Made by a program: the position numbers and the translations under genes. From Camelus dromedarius (lineage: Eukaryota), in the NCBI RefSeq assembly GCF_036321535.1, contig NC_087472.1, forward strand, positions 99,636,001 to 99,700,000: DNA of 64,000 nt, read 5' to 3'. The notes beneath the pieces are model-generated. The model saw only the letters and a list, made by a program, of their open reading frames with translations, ran no database searches and was not told where the DNA came from. This document shows, piece after piece, positions 56,323-64,000 of the stretch. Position 1 is the stretch's first letter, and each line of letters opens with the position of its first letter.

Positions 56323-56445
56323 CTCATCGCATGCACCTTAGTCCCATGGAAACCTTTCTTGTTATGCGACTGTTGACACCCACACAGGCTTCTTTAGCCA
56401 GAAGCAGAAGTGCATTCGTGCTCTCTGAGCGGGCCAGTGACTCAG
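56323..56445 (+). CDS. MAP7D2: MAP7D2 cassette exon 6 (AHRMHLSPMETFLVMRLLTPTQASLARSRSAFVLSERASDS)
   Basis: Acceptor ccgtccctcAG; donor CAG|GTAAAG; 123 nt, phase 1-1; MAP7-family RLLTPTxxSLARS motif. Confidence 0.92.
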
Positions 56446-56759
56446 GTAAAGAGGCCACGCTGGTGACACTGAGGAAAATGCCCCAAGTCGTATTGATCGG
56501 CCTATGAGTTATTTCTGAAGTTTTGTATCTTGCTTCCCATTTGCTGGTTTTGGAAATGTCTTCAATGGTTAATAACGTTTTCTACCCACCAGTGTTTTGC
56601 TGTTGCTATGTTTCTTTTAAGTGCCACAGAGGTGAGTAAACTATTTTATGATTGACAGCATGTGGATTAGTAAAAAAAAAAAAATCCATTTCATGAGCCA
56701 GGGAGACTAACGTAGACTTTTTTTAAGAGATGGTTTGGCAGAGTAACCTGGAGACCCCC

Positions 56760-57030
56760 GTCTTGGGAGTTCCATAACCAGCTCTGGCACTTACTAGCTC
56801 TTAGTGCTTTGGGTCAGTTAATTAACCTCTCTAAGCCTCAGTTTCCTCTTCTGTAAAATGGAGTTGTTTTAAATTGTCATCAGGATTCAATGAGCTAGCA
56901 CACTGACAGGCACAGTCAGAACAGGTATCTAGAGCCCCGCTACTCAAGGGCTGGTCCGTGGACCAGCAACATTGGTATCACCTGGGAGCTTGTTGGGAAG
57001 GCAGACTCTCAGGCCCTGCCAGACCTACAC
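56760..57030. mobile_element. MIR followed by a MER5A-like fragment
   Basis: ttaacctctctaagcctcagtttcctcttctgtaaaatgg; ggtccgtggaccagcaacattggtatcacctgggagcttgtt. Confidence 0.75.
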
Positions 57031-57280
57031 ACTGAAGTCCAAGAAACACTGGGCCACACCATCAAAACCCTTCCTTGACCAAAGCGGATCAAACTGTCAT
57101 GGCAAGATTAATGAGGTCTAGTGTTCCATGTTTGCAGATGAGTAACGCTGTGTCCGCATTAGGGCATGTCTGGCTTCCATCTCAATTCCTAAGATACAGT
57201 GTATTCATTGAGATGACATATAAATGACATATTAGCTTCTACCTAGTTCTGTCTGTTTCCAAGTAATTGTGCTGTTTCTG

Positions 57281-58350
57281 CAAAGAAAATACGCAAATGG
57301 CCAGCAAGCACATGACAAGACACTAAACATCCTTAGTCATTAGGGAAATGCAAATCAAAACCACAGTGAGATACCAGTTCACACTTACTGGGATGGCTGA
57401 AATTCCGAGAGATAAGGGATAACATAGTTAACCCTAGAACAACTTGGAGGTTAGGGGTACCAACCCTCCTCAGTCAACAATCTGCGTTTAACTTTATCAT
57501 CAGCCCTCTGTATATTTGGTTCCACACCTGCAGATTCAAGCAGCCACAGTAAGTAAGTACTGTAGTATTTACTATTGAATAAAATCCACATGTAAATGGA
57601 CCCGTGCAGTTCAAACCCATATTGTTCAAGGGTCAACTATAAGATGTTTTGTCGAGGATGTGGGGAAATGGTGACCTACATACATTATTGGCGGGAATGT
57701 AAAATGATGCAGTTGCTTTGGAAAATAGTCTGGCAAGTTCCTCAAAAAAGTTAAACAGGGAGTTACCATATAAGCCAGCAATTCCACTCTTAAGTATAGA
57801 GTCAAAGAAATTGAAGAGATACACAATTAAGTATATAAGTGTTCTTAACAGCATTATTCATATTAGCCAAAAAGTGGAAACAAACCACATGTCCAGCAAC
57901 AGGTAAATGGATAAACAAAGTATGTTTATCCATAAAGTGGAATATTATTCAACTATAAAAAAGAAAGAATTACTGACACATGCTTTTGATATATGAGATT
58001 GTGTCCTCTGCAAAGAGAGATAACTTTGACTCCATGATGAACCTTAAAAACATCACGCTCAGTGTAAGAAGCCAGGCAGAAAATGCCGCAAGTTGTATGA
58101 TTCCTTTTATGTGAAATGTCTGGAATAGGAAAATCCAGAGAGACAGTAAATTGGTGGTTGCTAGGGGCTGGGAGAGGGGAGGTGGGGAAGAGGGTTGAGG
58201 GTTTCTCCTGGGGTTGTTGAAAATGTTCTGGAATTGGACCATAGTTATGGCTGCACTATCTTGTGAATATAATAAAGACCACTAAGTTGTATACCTTTAA
58301 AAGGGGGAATTTTATGATATATGAATTATATCTCAAACAAATAAACCAAA
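57281..58350 (+). mobile_element. L1MB-like ORF2 end and 3' UTR, interrupted by MER8
   Basis: ttagtcattagggaaatgcaaatcaaaaccacagtgagatacc...aatggataaacaaa...tatgaattatatctcaa. Confidence 0.9.
57425..57639. mobile_element. MER8 nested in L1
   Basis: tagttaaccctagaacaac...gtgcagttcaaacccatattgttcaagggtcaacta, followed by TA. Confidence 0.88.
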
Positions 58351-58394
58351 ATTTCCTGGGAAGTAGGAAGTATCCCCATTTTGAGAAGGAGGAC

Positions 58395-61300
58395 TGTGAC
58401 AGGAGGTCCCAAAGACCGCTCCCAGGATTGATGATTTAGAGGACTCAGCGGTGATTTATTACAGCCCAAGGCTATGGAGCGAAATCAGAGAGGGGAAGAG
58501 GTGCATGGGAGAAGGCCAGGCACAGAGTCTCCTCCTGTTGGAGTCACGCAGAACACGTTCCCCCGCAGTGAGTTCTGACGTGTATGAAATGTTGCCAACC
58601 AGAGACTGTGCTCAGAGTGTTTACTGGGGGCTGGTCATAACCCCCGCCAGGTCATAACCAAATTCCAGGCTCTCAGCAGGAAAGCAGGTGTTCGGCATAC
58701 AAAGAACTCTTAGCAGTTAACGGTGGGAACTGTCCCCAAGGTTCCCCGTTGCCAGGGCCAGCACGGTAAGCAGTCCTGTCCAAGGACAGCAGTGAGGGAG
58801 GCCTGCTATGTTTTCTTTTTTCTTTTCTGCAGAGCCCACCCCCTTGGTCCTTGGCCAAGGTGACTTTGCAGCAGAATTAGTATTGGTAGGACCCCATATA
58901 GCAGTTGAGGCCAGCCTACAGTGTGGATCTCACTTGATGCTGTTCAGGGGTGCTGGACTTAGCCAGTAAAAACACAGACCAGTAGCCATCAAGGTCTGTC
59001 TTAGAAAGCCAGCTGGCTTCCTCCTTGATTTCCGTCTGAACCTTTTCTACCTAGCCCTAGGCATCAGTTCTGGCCCAGCACCGCTCTAGCCAGGAAGACG
59101 AAGCTGACCTGAAGCCTTCCAGGGCTGAGGCAGTGTCATAATGGTCAGGGCTCACACCCTAGAAGTCCCATCCCTGAGGGCACACACGTCCCCTGGAAAT
59201 GGAGCGTTGATAATGTTCGGGCACCCCGAGCCGGAGCTGCATTGGGCAGACAGCACAGGCCACCAGGGTCTCCCAGTGTGGCTTCCCACTGTGGTTCCTC
59301 CCACCCCGGGGGTCTCAGTCCAGTCTGAGTAATTCAGTTCGGTCTTTGCTCTCAGACGGCTTGCCTGAGGCGGTCCATTCCAAACTGCTCTGCCAGCGAC
59401 ACTGGCTCATCACCTGCCAAGTGCAGGCTGCATGTGGAGGTACCGTGCAGGGACCAGGCAGGAGCTGGCCCGCCCCTGCGGTCTCACAGTCACACTGTTG
59501 CATGCGATCTGGGCCCGGCAGTCTGTCTGAATCTGAAGTGCTGGCAGCAGCTTGCAAAGCAGCATGGACTTGCTTCAGGAAATGGGGAGAGTGCCCAGGG
59601 ACAGTTCCGGTTAAGAGAGATCAGGGAGCCTGTCCTGTCCCCTCCCCGTACCATGCCAGGGGCTGGGTTTTGTTGTATTTCTCTGTTGTTATCAGCATGC
59701 CCCATTGACTAATCAAAACTTCACATTTTCTCTGTCATCCTCTACTCTCATGTGGACCTTCCATCTGTTAACGCAAGGACAAGAGCTTTTTTTTTTTTTT
59801 TTTTTTTTAATGTATCCAACTTAACCAGAACAAGACATCATGCTCAGGATCTAGGACAAAATCCTGAATTTTCAGAAATCTTCAAAATAAGTTTATATCA
59901 CTTCCCATCTCTTTCATCCTGTTCATTTGTCCAGTGAGCAGCCTAGAAAAGATCAGTCCCTTTCCAGGTACAGGTGCGTTTAACAGGTTGCCTTCCTGAG
60001 GGGTGTGTAGCAGAAGGGTGAGGGAAGTAGAGTTAAGCTCTCAGTCTGTTGTTAACAAACCACAGCCAGTCTGGAAAGGCACACGCCGGATGTCTCAGCA
60101 GCAGCAGTGACGAGTCCCTTGGAGGGGGTCAAATCCAATCATTGGGGTGGGCGGGGGGCCATGCTCCCTGTGAATGCCCTTTCCCAGCTTGCGGCTTCGG
60201 CCAGAGTCAGAAGGTAGGAGTGCAGTCAGTCTCTACATCAGAAACTGAAGGGCCCACCAGCAGCTCCGTGTCAGATGATCCCATTGGAGAACAAGCCCTT
60301 TTCTGTGGGCGTTGGTCTGCGATGCAGATGGCCCAGCCAGCATCTGTGCTGTTTCCCTAGGTTAGGGCCCCATGGAGGGGTGTTCTGTATCTACAGTGAT
60401 TCTGGGTTGATTTTTAAAACCTGAAAAGTTTATCTCTGTCTGAAGATGGCCTCTCTTTTCACGTCTCCCTTTTCCCAGAGTCTCCATTATGCAAAAATCA
60501 TCAGGTATGAATGTTCTGGTTCCAGTACTCAGATGTTAAATACCAGCCAAATCACTGGTGGCAAAAAGCAAGGAGGTTGTGTCCTTCTCACACTTAGAGG
60601 AGAAAACAAAAACCAAAGGCATCACCCGGGCTGCACTTTACCCCTCACTTTAGCCAGCACGGCCACGTGCAGCCAGAGGATGCAGCAAGCCCGCACTTGG
60701 AGTTGGATGGGCCATCTTCAGATTCCGTAGGCATTTCACCTGTCGCAGCAGACAGTAGCTCGGCTGCCGTTTCATATGGTGGGTGACTTCATAGCCACCA
60801 GGCACCAGAGAGTCATCATCCTCCACCCCTCTCTCCTTCCTTTTCCCATGTAATGCTTTTACCATATATCAGAGAATCAGGGTCGTTCTCACGATTCCTG
60901 CTTCTGACACCAATTGTGTCAGGGGTCCCAGGACCACTCCAGTGCGCGGATTGGCTAGGAGGACTCAGAGGACGCAGCAGGTGGCGGCACTCACCGCTGG
61001 GCTGTGTTACAGCCGAGGCTGCACGGGTGCCACCAGCCAAGGGAACTGGCGCCCCGGGCAAAGCCCAGAGGAGCCCAGCTGCGAGTTTCCCAGAGTGTCG
61101 TCCTCTCCCACTGCGGTCACACAGGGTGTGCGTGAGCCCCCGGCGACAAGCTGTGACAGCACGTGTGAAATGTTGCCAGCCAGGGACGCTGGTTAGAGAC
61201 TCAGTGCCCAGCGCTGGTCATGTAGGCGCCCCCTGCCAGCCACACCCCCAAATTCCAGACTCTGAGCGGGAAAGCGGGGTAAGTCCCGTCGTTTGTACAG

Positions 61301-61447
61301 ACAGCTTAGGCCCTGTGAACTCCTCATGACTTCAGGGTGAGAACCGTCCTGAAGTCCAAGTTTCCTGATGCTTACAAGGGTCAACCTTGTAAACAGGCCC
61401 ATCCAAGGACAGCAGTCAGGTCTGCTGTGTTGACTCTCTCCTGCACG
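58395..61447 (-). mobile_element. Fossil MER21-type ERVL provirus (5' LTR 60915-61447, internal region 58834-60914, 3' LTR 58395-58833)
   Basis: Two homologous same-orientation LTRs; PBS TGGTGTCAGAAGCAGGAA (- strand, 60895-60912); PPT AAGGGGGTGGGC; flanks AGGAC / AGGAA. Confidence 0.85.
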
Positions 61448-61753
61448 AGGAAATTGATGTTTAGAGAGGTTAAGTAACCTAGCCAAGGTGATCCAGCTAT
61501 TAGGTAACAGTGCTAGGTCTGTCTGGCTCCAAAGCCTAGATTTTGAACTGAAATGAACTAGACTCTTGAGCATTGAGTATGGCAGTCTTTTAAGGGAGGG
61601 TCTGTTCTGCGTACACTGGAATAAGTATGGTGATATGCTGAGAATGTGGATTGCCCGTGTCACATTATAACAGCACTGTGGTGTTCTTCCCCGCTCCCCC
61701 TACTTTTTCCATCTGCTCCCTGTGTCTCTGGCTATCACACTGTAACTCTCTAG

Positions 61754-61908
61754 TATCCCATGCCTGTCCTCGTGTAGCTCCTGCTGGCTCCCTTAAGTCT
61801 TCCTACAAGTCTTCTCCCACTCGAAATGCCGAGAGGAAGAAGACTCCACCTACATCTGGCGTAGGAGATGCTGGGAAAGGAGCGCCTGCAGGAGCGGAGG
61901 CCTCTCCG
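61754..61908 (+). CDS. MAP7D2: MAP7D2 exon 7 (VSHACPRVAPAGSLKSSYKSSPTRNAERKKTPPTSGVGDAGKGAPAGAEASP)
   Basis: Acceptor ctctctAG, with an in-frame alternative AG at 61776-61777; donor CCG|GTAGGT; 155 nt, phase 1-0. Confidence 0.92.
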
Positions 61909-62367
61909 GTAGGTTTAAACCCCCTCACCCCTCGGGACTGGTTTATCTGACAGTGTGATTACTCCCTGCTCTTGACCTGGGGTCTGTTTTCCTCCATTTC
62001 CAGGGCTGCTCAAGGGGTGGATTTGGTTTAAAATTGCACCCAACCTTTGAAAATCATTTAACTTTTGCACCCTGCTAAATCTTACTGCCTTGGAGCAGAT
62101 GCCTAAAGCCCTTTCCTTGTTATAGCCTGCCCTCCATAGGACGGGTTAGAAGGAATGTTCCAAATGTCCTTTCTCTGCTTCTTTTTAAGGATGTCTGGGC
62201 CTCTTGCCTCTACAGGCAGCTAGAACTGAGGTTCTAGTCAACCTTCATCCACAACAATGGCCTTTAAACATTTTTGTTGTCGTACTGACACCATCAGTAA
62301 AAAAATGTTGAGCCAGTACCCCCGATTATGTGTATTTATTTAGAAATTATACATACCATGCAACTTT

Positions 62368-62860
62368 TGTTAGTTATCACTTGCTATATAACAAATTACC
62401 CCAAACCTTAGAAGCTTAAAGCAAATGTTTATTATCTCACTGGTTCTTTGGATTAGAAGGGTGCTTCTGGTTCAGGGTCTCTCAGGAGGGTGTGGTCAGG
62501 ATGGCGGCCAGGGCTGCAGTCATCTGAAAGCTTGGCTGCAGCTCTTCCAGGATGGCTCACTCATGTGGCCATTGGCAGGAGGCCCCAGTTCCTTACTGCG
62601 TAGACCTTGAGTGTCCAGGTAACACGGCAGCTGGCTTCCCCCTGAACAGGAGATCCGAGACAGAGAGAGTGTGAGAGTAGGGGAAGCTACAACTTTTATG
62701 CTCTGATCTCAAATATTGAACACCATCCCTTCTGCCATGTGCTGTTCATTTAGAGCAATTCACTGAGACCAACCCATGCTCAAGAAGAAGGGAACTGAGC
62801 TCCATCTGTTAAAGGGAAGAGCATCAAATGATGTGTGGACTGACTTTAAAACCACCACAT
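62368..62860 (-). mobile_element. MLT1F/G-like solo LTR
   Basis: ataacaaattaccccaaacctta...gggctgcagtcatctgaaagcttg...gatggctcactcatgtggc. Confidence 0.85.
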
Positions 62861-63335
62861 TATTGTAGTATTAGGCATTTATTTATAACACTATTTTTTT
62901 TAATCCACTGTGGTCCTGAGGTTCTCACATGAGAAGTGAATGTTTCAAACCCAAGGATTTTACTGTAGGGTGCATTACTGTGTTAGGGGGCCATCGTATG
63001 TGGGTATGGAGGCCACGTGAGGATTTCCTGTAGAAAAACGTGAGAGGGGGAGGCCACGTGAGGGAAGACGTAGGGGGAAGGGGGTTGCAGTCACCGATAC
63101 ACTGGGTATCCTGACAGGGCCCCCAGCTCCCTGTCTTGGGTTTTATAACCACATTGCACCCACGTGTAGCTTTTTTATAGTGAGTATATATCTTTGTACT
63201 CATTCTAGTTTCTATATGTCCAGGACTAATTTAATATGGTTCCTTTGTTAGCTTTTTGCAAGATAACAAGAAGCAAATCTTTATGTTTTAAGGCTGAAGT
63301 TTTTTTTTTCTAATGGGGTGACCTAAATATGATGA

Positions 63336-63629
<294 letters not shown>

Positions 63630-64000
63630 TAAGCATCTTTCCCGTTGGCCACAGTCAGACGACTAGAGCAGTTTGGTGGGGCCTCTGTGTGGTGCACTGT
63701 GGCCTCCCGCTCCCCAAGAGGCGTGGCCGGCCCCCCGAGGGGTTGGGGCGAAGGCTAGCCAGACTCTGTGTATCTTCTGGATAAACAGTGGGCTCTTGAA
63801 GGGTTTGTTGCCTGGTAAACATGGGACTCTGATCGCCGGAGATGGTCCCTTCGGCGTGTTCTCCTTAGGTCCATCAGTCCCATTCTGCTTGCCTGGGTGT
63901 CCCGCTCTTTCTCTCCTGCTGCATCCGGAGGGAAGGGAGTGTATTGCGCTCTCTGGCTTCTCTCGTCCTGGCTGTCTCTTCAGCAGAGAGGCAGTGGTAA

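Noticed and set aside
56622..56631. 10-nt poison microexon using the ttttaAG acceptor
   Set aside because: The upstream CAG at 56590-56592 is the first AG after the putative branch point and gives an in-frame 39-nt exon, which is the simpler model. Not fully excluded.
60853..61329. 158-aa ORF over the LTR
   Set aside because: By-product of the GC-rich LTR, antisense to the provirus, with no retroviral motifs.

Overview
Mammalian, most likely camelid, genomic DNA (one Vic-type tRNA-Ala SINE; no Alu, B1, Bov-tA, PRE-1 or SINEC seen). The window holds the 5' part of MAP7D2 on the + strand: a CpG-island promoter, exon 1 (ATG 205), a 43.6-kb intron 1, then exons at 43931-63628. The gene continues past the window end. 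No prokaryotic systems are present, and nearly all track ORFs are spurious or exon read-throughs. Main points of interest: (1) a 327-bp TSD-flanked insertion made only of an L1 5' end joined to an L1 3' end, resembling a retrotransposed spliced L1 RNA; (2) a run of frame-preserving phase-1 cassette exons after the coiled coil, with a GC-AG donor and two candidate extra exons (39 nt, VFCCCYVSFKCHR; 15 nt, VLDLL); (3) a structurally complete fossil MER21/ERVL provirus with LTRs, tRNA-Leu PBS, PPT and TSD that splits a MIR; (4) candidate alternative starts. Gene and repeat names come from recalled sequences rather than searches, repeat boundaries are approximate, and novelty cannot be established from the sequence alone.
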